Assembly: GCA_025355225.1 (NCBI GenBank) | Contig: JANYAB010000746.1 | Coordinates: 1 to 35,401, forward strand | Source of the DNA: Bacteroidota bacterium | GTDB taxonomy: Bacteria > Bacteroidota > Bacteroidia > Sphingobacteriales > Sphingobacteriaceae | Reading direction: 5' to 3' | Length of the DNA stretch: 35,401 nucleotides | Notes under the pieces: model-generated | Told to the model about the DNA's origin: nothing | Seen by the model: only the letters and a program-made list of their open reading frames with translations | Databases searched by the model: none | Shown: one piece after another, positions 18,434 to 27,214 of the stretch | Position numbering within the stretch: the stretch's first letter is position 1 | How the letters are laid out: each line of letters opens with the position of its first letter | Program-made: the position numbers and the translations under genes

Positions 18434-20083
18434 TTATTTAAGTATCCACATTATACCATTGATGTCATCATTACCACCGTATTGGCTTGTTAATGCGGCA
18501 TTATAATTAACTGTGTTAGCGGTACGTTCACTTGATGGATACTGAAAACGTAAAGCTATACGCTGGCCATTATCCGTACCCGGCCCGGTTGTAAAGGTTG
18601 GTACGCCAGTTCTGCGATAGGTAAAATAAGATTCTAACCCCGAATGGCGGAACAACGCCAGGTATTTTTGCTGCAAAACCTGTGTTAACCCGTTGGCGCC
18701 TCCGGCATATTTTACCGCAGGCTGAGCGTAATAAGTTGCCCAGTCGAAATTTATAACATAGCTATCATAGTTTGAGGCGATTTTTACATCCGAAGAACCC
18801 GGACGGTAAAAATATGCTGTAAACGTACCGGTATTTGGTATGTTGTAATAGGCCATCGATGCCTGGATACCCGCTACATAGTGAGCCTCCGCATTACCAG
18901 TGGCCCAACCGCGGGTTATTCCTTCGGCTATATTAAATTCTTGCTCAGGGAAACCAATTTGTACGCTTGGCTCGCCTGTATAAGTTGAGTAATAATGTTT
19001 CCTGTTGAGAAAAGAATAGAATTGCAAGCCGGCATTATTATACATTATACCCAGGTCTAACCCGGGATCGGCGCCTACAAACGAATTAAAAGCAGTAGGA
19101 CTTTGATGCAGGGAGTCGACCAGGCGACGGGACGGCTCTGCTGTTACATAAACTCTCGGGTCCTGAAACTGGGTAAGTAAACTGATATAAGTTTGAGATG
19201 TATTTTGCCTTGAACCACTTTGACCAAAATTATCCGGGTTTTGCGGGTAAAAATTGGTAGGTGTTACAAAAGTATACTGCAGGTTATCTGCAGAACTTTG
19301 CAGTAGGGGATATTTTGCCGGGTTGCCAACAATTGCAGCAAATTGGGTAGGTATATTCAAATCAGGGTCTGATGTTACCTTCTTGCTTAATTGAAGAAGC
19401 AGCCTGAGATGGTATGCATTTACTATCTTTTGCCATTTTGTTAAGTCGCCGCCGAAATAGATATCACCTCCTAAAGTCGCCCCCAATCCTGTTCCACCAG
19501 TAGAGGGATTTGCTATTAATTGAGTGAGATCAGTATTGGCGCTCTCCAGCCATGTTAATGACTGCGCCATCACCGCTTTTTGCGAATCGTATTTTGGTGT
19601 GAGGTTACTCAGCCCTTTTAATGCCTCTGTCATCGGGATGTCGCCGCGCTCCAAACTCATTTTAGTGAAAAAATAAGCTCTGAAAAATTTGCCCAGGGCC
19701 TCATAAGGATTAACGGCAGCACCACCCGAAGCCGCCGCCTGTCCTTCCATAAGCATCACATTTTTTAAAGTAGCATAATAATCGGCATTGCTGTCAAAAT
19801 CGTAGGTATTGTTGCCATAGTAATTATAGTTGTAAATATAGTACTGGCACAGTATTTCATCTTTATTTGAAGTGCCTTTGTATACTACACCGTTTTGATT
19901 GCTGCTGGCATAAGCTCCATCCGGCAAATCCGGCAAATCATTCAGCACTCCGTTTAGAAGTAACGAAGCGGGAACGCTAAGTGGTACGTTCGGATTTTTA
20001 GTTAAATCCTCAAAACTCTTTTTACAACTGCTTACTGTCAGCAACATAAGTACCGGCAGTAAATAAATAAATATCTTTTTCAT
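18434..20083 (-). CDS. susD: SusD/RagB-family outer-membrane lipoprotein
   Basis: Lipobox VSSC then KKSFED, NPN; GDIPMTEA, PKYDSQ, GDLTKWQK, QKYLAL, RRTGVP, RFQYP motifs; directly downstream of susC; start 20083-20095. Confidence 0.92.
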   Translation of the reverse strand: MKKIFIYLLPVLMLLTVSSCKKSFEDLTKNPNVPLSVPASLLLNGVLNDLPDLPDGAYASSNQNGVVYKGTSNKDEILCQYYIYNYNYYGNNTYDFDSNADYYATLKNVMLMEGQAAASGGAAVNPYEALGKFFRAYFFTKMSLERGDIPMTEALKGLSNLTPKYDSQKAVMAQSLTWLESANTDLTQLIANPSTGGTGLGATLGGDIYFGGDLTKWQKIVNAYHLRLLLQLSKKVTSDPDLNIPTQFAAIVGNPAKYPLLQSSADNLQYTFVTPTNFYPQNPDNFGQSGSRQNTSQTYISLLTQFQDPRVYVTAEPSRRLVDSLHQSPTAFNSFVGADPGLDLGIMYNNAGLQFYSFLNRKHYYSTYTGEPSVQIGFPEQEFNIAEGITRGWATGNAEAHYVAGIQASMAYYNIPNTGTFTAYFYRPGSSDVKIASNYDSYVINFDWATYYAQPAVKYAGGANGLTQVLQQKYLALFRHSGLESYFTYRRTGVPTFTTGPGTDNGQRIALRFQYPSSERTANTVNYNAALTSQYGGNDDINGIMWILK

Positions 20084-20101
20084 GATCATTATCAATTTTA
20101 A

Positions 20102-23100
20102 TTAAAATGAAAGTTTTAAGTTAAGACCATAGCTGCGTACCGAAGGCGATTGCAAGCCGGTAAGAGACGTACGTGTATTATTGTATTGATCCAGGTCGAC
20201 ATCCTTAAACTCAGGGTTTTTATAAAAATACAATAGGTTACGACCGTAGATGGACGCAGATGCTTTTGTTATAAAGGTTTTTTCCAGCCATTTTTTTGGG
20301 AAATTATAATTAAGAGTTACCTCGCGCAGTTTTGCATAAGTTTTGCTCATTAAGTTGGCTTCTGTAACATTATAATATTCGCTCGCATACTCTTGCACAA
20401 AAGCGGTCTGGGTATTTTGTCCGTATTGCAGTGCGCTATAGTTTAAAACAGCGCCTGTTTTTGAATCGAAGTTAGGGGCAACGCCATTTGATATAACTAC
20501 TCCCTGGCCCACATATGAACCATTGTAACCGGCCTTACCAAAATTTACCCAATCCTGGTAACGTGCCGCGCCGAGCGCACCTTCTGCTGTAATGGCATTG
20601 GCACCGCCACGAACGGTTTTATTGTGTACATAGTCAGTAGTGACACCACCTACAGAACCGTCGAACTGGAATCCGAGGCTTAAATTCTTGTAGTGTACAT
20701 TATTATATATCGACCAGGTATAGTCAGCATCCAGGTGCCCGAGGTACTGCGGAACGGGGTTTACCAATGGTTCGCCATTGGTGCCGTTAATGATTTTACC
20801 GTCAGGTGTTCTTACGAATTTGCTGCCATAAAAATTATCAACGCGGTCACCTTGTTTAAAGAAAGTATTGTAAGTTGTTTGTCCCGGAGGCAGTTCGTTA
20901 TAAACTTCTTTATAGGTTGACCAATTCACCAATACGTCCCAGCCAAAACCGCCCAGGTTTTTAATTGGCGTGCCGCTCAATGAAATTTCATAGCCTGTTT
21001 TTTTAGTTTTTAAGGCGTTTAATAATTCATTATTATCGCCTGTAGCAGTAGATATAGCGTTATTCAAAATTTGAGGGCCATCTATATACTGAAACGCAGT
21101 GAGGCTTAATCCCAAACGATTTTGAATGAATTTAAAATCTAACCCTTCTTCGTAATTTACACGGGTTGAAGTTTTAATATTGTTTATATACAACGAATTG
21201 GGACCGTAACCTGCAGGTTGCCCGTTATAGGGTTTGCCCGCACCGTATGATGGGATAAGTGAATAATCCGGACCATTATATGGAGAATTATAGGTAGTGC
21301 CATAACCCAATGGATTATCAAATAATGAATTTCCTGTGCTGCCTCCAAATGCAGATATTGTGCTAAATGGTGCAGGCCCTATGGTCGGGCTCGTAGCATC
21401 CGATCGTACGTTGGAAAATGATGCGCGTGCCTTTAAGAAAGTTATAAAGTCGGGTAATTTAATATAATCTGATATTACAGTGGCACCCGATAAACTCGGA
21501 TAGTAATAAGTGGTCACATCCTGAAATGCCGACGATTTATCAATACGCCCGGTGCTCGACAGGGTTGCATATTTACCAAAACTCAAATCGACAGAATAGT
21601 AACCGCTTAATGTTCTCAATTGCGAATTAAAGCTGGTGGCCTGTAATGGATTTAATGAGTTACTGAATGAATAAACCGCAGGTATACTTAAATAGTCGGT
21701 TGAAACCCAGCTGGAACTGTATTTAAAGTTGCGTAAGTTACCACCTACCAAACCCGAAATATTCAAGAATTTATGAACAGTATAATCGAAATTCAATTTT
21801 AACTCTGTATTGTTTTCAAACAGGTCGCGGCGATCTTCGCGATAATCTCCCTTGTTACCTTCACGACCGTAGGGGTGTGCCGAGTAGGGCAGGTCTTCTG
21901 TGTGCAACAGGTTGTAAGTATCAATTTGCGATTTTAAACCTACATTTAAATGATCATCAATTTTAAAGTTACTTGAAAGGTATCCGTAGGTATCATTTTT
22001 TTGATGACCGCGGGTCCATATTTCCGTCAGGAACCAGGGATTATGATAACGGGTATATTCCTCAAAGTTAGATTGTACGTTTACTTTACCGGGCTGCCAA
22101 ATTGCCTTAATATCCGGTGCGTTCACATTCCAGTCAGCGCCTGTCCAGATAGCCATGTTGTAAATAATACTGTTCGGCCCGTATTGAACGTCCGGATAAT
22201 CATCTGTGCTCTGCCTGTTAAAATCAACGCTTGCTTCAAATTTTAAGCGCGAAGTTGGATTGAAAGCTGCATAAAAGTTAGCATTGGCAATATCCAGGTA
22301 CTGAGAAGGGATATAACTGTTTTGATGCTGTTGCGAAACTGAAAAGCGGGTAGTATAATTATCACCGTTAGCCGTTAAAGCAATGTCATTATTAGTTTGA
22401 TATCCGGTCCGTAAAAAGTTGGCCAGGTTGTTTGCGCCGCGCGCAGTCCATGGAGTTCCCTGGCGTACGCCATTAACTACCGGGCTATCATATTGTGGGA
22501 TCAATTGCCCGGCAAAATATGGGCCCCAAACGTCATAGTCGCTATCTACACCGCCCGGTGCGCCGCCTTTACCGTCAACAAACTCGTAAAAGGTATTTTC
22601 ACCTGGTCCGAATTTATTCTGTATCCGTGGAAACGCAACGAACCCTTTGTTTATTACTGTACTGCTGTTGATATCAACAGTAAGTCCTTTTTTAGCATTA
22701 TTGCCTTTTTTTGTGGTGATTAAAATAGCTCCGTTTGCTGCCCGGTTGCCATACAAAGCAGCAGCGGCAGGCCCTTTCAATACGGTGTAAGTATCTATGT
22801 CATCAGGACTCAAGTCGAAAGTGTCCGAGTTGATAGGTAAACCATCCACAACATATAGCGAGACCGTATTACCACGTATGGTTACATTTGGTACCCCCAA
22901 TATTTCGGAAGTTGCACCTACTGACAAACCGGCAACCTTACCTATCAAACCATTAATAGGATTAGGGTCGCGTGCAGTGGTTAATTGATCGCCATTAACG
23001 GTTTGGATGGCGTAGCCTATGCGCCGCGTTTCCTTTTTAACGCCCAAAGCGGTAACCACTACTTCGTTAAGCGACTTGCTGTCGGTTGTTAGGGAAACAT

Positions 23101-23389
23101 TGTAATTAGTCTGGTCGCCTATTGTAATGTCTCGGGTTACAAAACCAATGAACTTGAATGTAAGCACCTGGCCTTTGTTAACAGTAAATAAAAACCGTCC
23201 GTTGCCATCGGTCACTGTACCTTTAGAAGATCCTTTCAGCATTACGCTTACTCCGGGCAAAGGTTGTTGATTTTCGTCGGTCACTGTACCACCGATCTGG
23301 GTTTGCCCGAATAGAAGGATCGGGGAAAGACAGAATAACACTATCGTTACTACGGTCTTAAGTTGCATGTAAAGCTGTTTCATCTGCAT
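20102..23389 (-). CDS. susC: SusC/RagA-family TonB-dependent transporter
   Basis: N-terminal carboxypeptidase-regulatory-like domain, LNEVVVTALG, plug motif VLKGPAAAALYGNRAANGAILITTK, C-terminal F; start at ATG 23389 or 23383. Confidence 0.95.
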   Translation of the reverse strand: MQMKQLYMQLKTVVTIVLFCLSPILLFGQTQIGGTVTDENQQPLPGVSVMLKGSSKGTVTDGNGRFLFTVNKGQVLTFKFIGFVTRDITIGDQTNYNVSLTTDSKSLNEVVVTALGVKKETRRIGYAIQTVNGDQLTTARDPNPINGLIGKVAGLSVGATSEILGVPNVTIRGNTVSLYVVDGLPINSDTFDLSPDDIDTYTVLKGPAAAALYGNRAANGAILITTKKGNNAKKGLTVDINSSTVINKGFVAFPRIQNKFGPGENTFYEFVDGKGGAPGGVDSDYDVWGPYFAGQLIPQYDSPVVNGVRQGTPWTARGANNLANFLRTGYQTNNDIALTANGDNYTTRFSVSQQHQNSYIPSQYLDIANANFYAAFNPTSRLKFEASVDFNRQSTDDYPDVQYGPNSIIYNMAIWTGADWNVNAPDIKAIWQPGKVNVQSNFEEYTRYHNPWFLTEIWTRGHQKNDTYGYLSSNFKIDDHLNVGLKSQIDTYNLLHTEDLPYSAHPYGREGNKGDYREDRRDLFENNTELKLNFDYTVHKFLNISGLVGGNLRNFKYSSSWVSTDYLSIPAVYSFSNSLNPLQATSFNSQLRTLSGYYSVDLSFGKYATLSSTGRIDKSSAFQDVTTYYYPSLSGATVISDYIKLPDFITFLKARASFSNVRSDATSPTIGPAPFSTISAFGGSTGNSLFDNPLGYGTTYNSPYNGPDYSLIPSYGAGKPYNGQPAGYGPNSLYINNIKTSTRVNYEEGLDFKFIQNRLGLSLTAFQYIDGPQILNNAISTATGDNNELLNALKTKKTGYEISLSGTPIKNLGGFGWDVLVNWSTYKEVYNELPPGQTTYNTFFKQGDRVDNFYGSKFVRTPDGKIINGTNGEPLVNPVPQYLGHLDADYTWSIYNNVHYKNLSLGFQFDGSVGGVTTDYVHNKTVRGGANAITAEGALGAARYQDWVNFGKAGYNGSYVGQGVVISNGVAPNFDSKTGAVLNYSALQYGQNTQTAFVQEYASEYYNVTEANLMSKTYAKLREVTLNYNFPKKWLEKTFITKASASIYGRNLLYFYKNPEFKDVDLDQYNNTRTSLTGLQSPSVRSYGLNLKLSF

Positions 23390-23431
23390 GAATTTAATGG
23401 TGAGAGGAGGGAATTTTTCATACAGCAATGC

Positions 23432-23464
23432 TAAACTTAGTTTATTATTTGTAAACTAAGTTTA
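23432..23464. promoter_or_regulatory. Two palindromic operator sites TAAACTWAGTTTA in the susC promoter
   Basis: TAAACTTAGTTTA 23432-23444 and TAAACTAAGTTTA 23452-23464; first abuts the -7-like TAGCATTG on the minus strand. Confidence 0.75.
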
Positions 23465-23574
23465 TATTAAGGAAAGCTTAAGATTGCGTGTAACGCAGGT
23501 TAAGGAGGGTATGATTTTGTAACAAATTAATTATAATCGTCTTACAATTAATTAATGTTTAGGCAATGGGCGTA

Positions 23575-24150
23575 TTAGTTATTTTTATTTAGATGGCTTA
23601 TGGCCAGCAATTTAAGATAAGATAAATCATTTATTGGTTTATTTATCTCTTTGGCCTTATCATCCCAATAACGTAAACGAATAAATAATTCAGCATCGGG
23701 GTTTAATTCAAAATCAGCGGCCTCGCTTTCGTTCATCCGGCCACCCTGGAACTCAAGCGTCGCTTTGCTGGCTTCCGAAAGCTGATCATAGTATTCAGGA
23801 TATTTATAGGTAAGATATCTTTTAGCAATTACATGGCTCTCTACTAAAGTGGCAAGCCTTTCCGAAAATCCTCTTTCGCGCAAATAATCAGCGCCTAATC
23901 TTTCATGGTCAATATTACCAAAACCATCCATGCTTTTTTCGGCTTCGCCGGTTGCGCATAAATGCCCTATATCATGGAAAAATGCCGCCAGTATAACTTC
24001 ATCTTCAAAACCCTCTTCCTCGGCTAAAGCAGCTGCCTGCGACATGTGCTCCAGTTGCGAAACAGGTTCGCCAATGTAGTCTTCCCCGCCATGTTTTTCA
24101 TACAAGGCAAAAACTTCGTTAACAATCGTCTCGGAGGTTAATACAAGCAC
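23575..24150 (-). CDS. phnZ: HD-domain di-iron phosphonate oxygenase PhnZ
   Basis: YIGEPVSQLEH, HDIGH, DHE, HVIAKRYL, SEASKATL, QGG, LRYWDDKAK; start likely GTG 24150 because the track start 24174 falls inside a -7 box. Confidence 0.88.
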   Translation of the reverse strand: MLVLTSETIVNEVFALYEKHGGEDYIGEPVSQLEHMSQAAALAEEEGFEDEVILAAFFHDIGHLCATGEAEKSMDGFGNIDHERLGADYLRERGFSERLATLVESHVIAKRYLTYKYPEYYDQLSEASKATLEFQGGRMNESEAADFELNPDAELFIRLRYWDDKAKEINKPINDLSYLKLLAISHLNKNN

Positions 24151-24171
24151 TTGATAAAATTTAAATTCACA

Positions 24172-24179
24172 CAAATTTA
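24172..24179 (-). promoter_or_regulatory. Bacteroidota -7 element (TAAATTTG) for phnZ
   Basis: Exact TAnnTTTG on the minus strand, about 22 nt upstream of GTG 24150. Confidence 0.55.
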
Positions 24180-24417
24180 AAGATTCGACATTACCGCACT
24201 ATTAAATCAATATAAAGTATTCAACTGATTTGTTTAAAAAAAATACTGTCGATTTATTAAAAAACTTAAAAACTTAATTATTTACAGCAAATCAAATAAT
24301 ACTTACTTAATACGCTATATTCAATTTTTAAATTAATTTGCCCACGTTGTAAAACAATTACTTAAAGATTTAATTTGCGACGCACTATTACCAATATAAA
24401 TAACGTTTACCTGCCTT

Positions 24418-24996
24418 ATGGAAGATGATATACTGATACAGATCAGTAACCGTATTAAAGAGCGCCGCCGCGAAAAAAATATTACTGTACAAGAACTGGC
24501 CACCCTTGCAAATGTAAGCAAGGGCTTGATCTCACAGATCGAAAACAGCCGTACCATCCCATCGCTTATTGTGCTGATTGATATTATAAAGGCTCTCGAG
24601 ATCGATCTCAACGCGTTTTTCAAAGATATCCGCACCAGGAACAAACTTTCGCCAATCCTGGTAACCAGGAAAAATGACTATTACCGTTTTGAGAAGGAAC
24701 ACGCCATTGGCTTTCACTATCAGCGGATTTTAACCCGGTTTATTGATCGTTCAACGGTAGATATTGTGATCCTTGAACTCGAGCCCAACGCAACAAGGCC
24801 ACTTGTAGAGACCGATGCTTTTGAATACAAATACATATTGGCAGGGGAAATTGAATATCAGTTTAATGAGGAGCGGATACAGCTGAGCCAGGGCGATTCT
24901 ATTTTATTTGACGGGCGCATACCACATACACCAATAAACCTCGGCGGCCAAACAGCCAGTATGCTCGTTGTTTATTTTTTTGAGGAAAAGAAGTGA
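24418..24996 (+). CDS. XRE-family HTH plus cupin transcriptional regulator
   Basis: TVQELATLANVSKGLISQIEN HTH; cupin EYKYILAGEI...GDSILFDGRIPH. Confidence 0.92.
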   Translation: MEDDILIQISNRIKERRREKNITVQELATLANVSKGLISQIENSRTIPSLIVLIDIIKALEIDLNAFFKDIRTRNKLSPILVTRKNDYYRFEKEHAIGFHYQRILTRFIDRSTVDIVILELEPNATRPLVETDAFEYKYILAGEIEYQFNEERIQLSQGDSILFDGRIPHTPINLGGQTASMLVVYFFEEKK

Positions 24997-24998
24997 AG

Positions 24999-25137
24999 GG
25001 TGGTTGCTTGGGTTGATTAAGTTAAGTGGTTGATTAGGTTGGATCGAGTTTAGACGGAGTAATAAAACGTCTTTTTAATAAACCACTCACTCAATCAACT
25101 ATTCACCTAATCAACCAAATCATCAACTAATTAACCA
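24999..25137. repeat. Intergenic palindromic element (GGTTGATT / AATCAACC units), copy 2
   Basis: Left arm ggttgcttgggttgattaagttaagtggttgattaggtt; right arm aaccactcactcaatcaact...cctaatcaacc. Confidence 0.7.
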
Positions 25138-25156
25138 AACCTTAACACAAATTTCG

Positions 25157-25186
25157 TTTGATGGTAATAAACTAAGTTTAGTATTG
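25157..25186 (+). promoter_or_regulatory. Promoter (-33 TTTG, -7 TAGTATTG) with operator TAAACTAAGTTTA in the spacer
   Basis: TTTG 25157-25160, palindrome 25168-25180, TAGTATTG 25179-25186; 23/24 nt identical to the susC promoter segment. Confidence 0.75.
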
Positions 25187-25209
25187 CTCAACATTTCAAC
25201 GACAATTAT

Positions 25210-25896
25210 ATGCTCATTAAATTAGTGGTTTTTGATATAGCCGGCACAACGGTTAAAGATGATCATAACGTTAGCAAAGCTTTTCAGGCGGCGCTTAATA
25301 AGTACAATTATGAAGTGCCGCTCGAAATGATCAACCCGCTGATGGGCTACGAGAAAAACCAGGCGATCACACAGATGCTGCATCTTCACGAAAAAGACGA
25401 ATCAAAGATCACAGCAGAACTTGTAGATGAAATACACCGGGAGTTTGTGCGGCAAATGATCGATTTTTACCGATCAGCACCCGGCATTGAAGCGCTTCCA
25501 AATGTTGAAGAAACTTTTGCCACACTGCATCAGATGGGTATTGGGGTAGGCATTAATACCGGTTTCTCGCGGGATATTGCCGAAACAATCATCAATCGCC
25601 TTAAATGGCGCGAAAAGGGTTTAATAGATCACCTCATTGGTTCCGATGAAGTTGAACTGGGCCGCCCGCACCCTTATATGATCCAAAAAATGATGCTGGA
25701 TGCTGGTATCACTGATCCGTTGGAAGTTGTAAAAGTAGGCGATACCGAGGTTGATGTGCGCGAAGGGCAAAATTCAGGTTGCCGCTTTGTGATCGGGGTT
25801 ACGACTGGAATCTTCACCCGTGAGGAACTGGAGCCTTACCATCCAACACACATCATTGATGATATGGCACAGGTAATTGATATAATTAGCCAATAG
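25210..25896 (+). CDS. phnX: HAD-superfamily phosphonatase-like hydrolase (PhnX-like)
   Basis: FDIAGTT (DxAGT as in phosphonatase), LMGYEK cap lysine, NTGF, GRPHPYM, KVGDTEVD; shorter than canonical PhnX so the symbol is tentative. Confidence 0.75.
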   Translation: MLIKLVVFDIAGTTVKDDHNVSKAFQAALNKYNYEVPLEMINPLMGYEKNQAITQMLHLHEKDESKITAELVDEIHREFVRQMIDFYRSAPGIEALPNVEETFATLHQMGIGVGINTGFSRDIAETIINRLKWREKGLIDHLIGSDEVELGRPHPYMIQKMMLDAGITDPLEVVKVGDTEVDVREGQNSGCRFVIGVTTGIFTREELEPYHPTHIIDDMAQVIDIISQ

Positions 25897-25897
25897 C

Positions 25898-27214
25898 ATG
25901 AAACTGACAGATCAGCTTAGAATAAAAGTTGCTAAGTGGCCTTACGTATTGCTGTCCCTAATGGCTGCGGTTTCTTCATTTGGGGCTTACACGTCTATGT
26001 ATGCCTTTCGCAAAGCATTTTCTGCAGGCACTTTTACAGGGCAGCAATACTTTCACGTCGATTATAAGGTTTGGCTGGTGATAGCGCAAATAATTGGCTA
26101 TACCCTAAGCAAATTTTATGGCATTAAATTTATTTCCGAATTAAAACCGGGTCAGCGGGCCAAATATATTCTTTTGTTAGTCGGAATCGCCTGGCTGGCA
26201 TTATTGTTTTTTGCCATCGTTCCGGCGCCATACAATATTATATTTTTATTTATAAATGGGTTCCCGCTTGGATTGATCTGGGGCCTGGTGTTTGGATATC
26301 TTGAAGGACGTAAATCGACCGAGTTTATGGCAGCGGTATTGTCCATTAGCTTGATTTTTGCATCTGGCTTTGTAAAAACGATAGCCCGTATGACGATGGG
26401 GTCATTCCATGTAAGCGAATATAACATGCCTTTTCTGATGGGAGCCTTGTTCATTATCCCGCTGCTGTTATTTGTATTTCTCCTTGAATTGATGCCCCCG
26501 CCAACGGCGGAGGATATTCGATTGCGAACCAAACGTTTGCCGATGAATGCTGCAGAACGTAAGAGTTTTTTAAGGCGCTTTTTACCAGGCATCATACTTA
26601 CGCTTATTATTTATGTGCTGTTAACCATTATGCGGGATGTAAGGGATAGTTTTGAAGTGGAAATTTGGGCGAGCCTGGGCGTAAAAGACAATACTATTTA
26701 TGCGAAAATCGATTCCATTATATCAGTGGCAGTATTGGTAGCCATGAGTTTGCTTATCCTTGTAAAACGAAACCTCAAAGCCTTCAGCATTATTCATATC
26801 ATGATTATATTTGGTTGTGTCCTGATCGGCGCAGCCACTGGCTTCTTTGCTTTGGGATTAATCAGCCCAATGGTTTGGATGACCTTAGCAGGGCTAGGCC
26901 TTTATCTCGGTTACGTGCCCTATAATGCTGTTTTCTTCGAACGGCTACTGGCTTCGTTTCATTACAAGGGTAATGTGGGGTTTTTAATTTATGTGGCCGA
27001 TTCGATAGGTTATTTAGGTAGTGTTAGTGTTCTTTTGGTAAAAGAACTCGGCCAGCCTGGGATAAGCTGGGGGACCTTTTTTAAAAACGGAGTACTGACG
27101 GTTGCTGTGATAGGCGGAATATGTGCAACCTTATCATTGCTGTATTTTTTAAGTAGCGCCCGTAAACAAGTTAAGGACCCTGCAGAGCAACAACTTAATA
27201 TTTCAACCGCATAA
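25898..27214 (+). CDS. Polytopic MFS-like membrane protein (DUF5690-like), probable transporter
   Basis: About 11-12 hydrophobic helices; motifs MYAFRK, GYTLSKFYGIK, YLEGR, FFERL, NVGFLIYVADSIGYLGS; family name from recollection. Confidence 0.75.
   Translation: MKLTDQLRIKVAKWPYVLLSLMAAVSSFGAYTSMYAFRKAFSAGTFTGQQYFHVDYKVWLVIAQIIGYTLSKFYGIKFISELKPGQRAKYILLLVGIAWLALLFFAIVPAPYNIIFLFINGFPLGLIWGLVFGYLEGRKSTEFMAAVLSISLIFASGFVKTIARMTMGSFHVSEYNMPFLMGALFIIPLLLFVFLLELMPPPTAEDIRLRTKRLPMNAAERKSFLRRFLPGIILTLIIYVLLTIMRDVRDSFEVEIWASLGVKDNTIYAKIDSIISVAVLVAMSLLILVKRNLKAFSIIHIMIIFGCVLIGAATGFFALGLISPMVWMTLAGLGLYLGYVPYNAVFFERLLASFHYKGNVGFLIYVADSIGYLGSVSVLLVKELGQPGISWGTFFKNGVLTVAVIGGICATLSLLYFLSSARKQVKDPAEQQLNISTA

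Noticed and set aside
23390-23428. ORF-track N-terminal extensions for susC (also 24174, 18368, 3567, 31475)
   Set aside because: The extensions overlap promoter boxes or hairpins, or precede clear signal peptides; downstream starts are preferred
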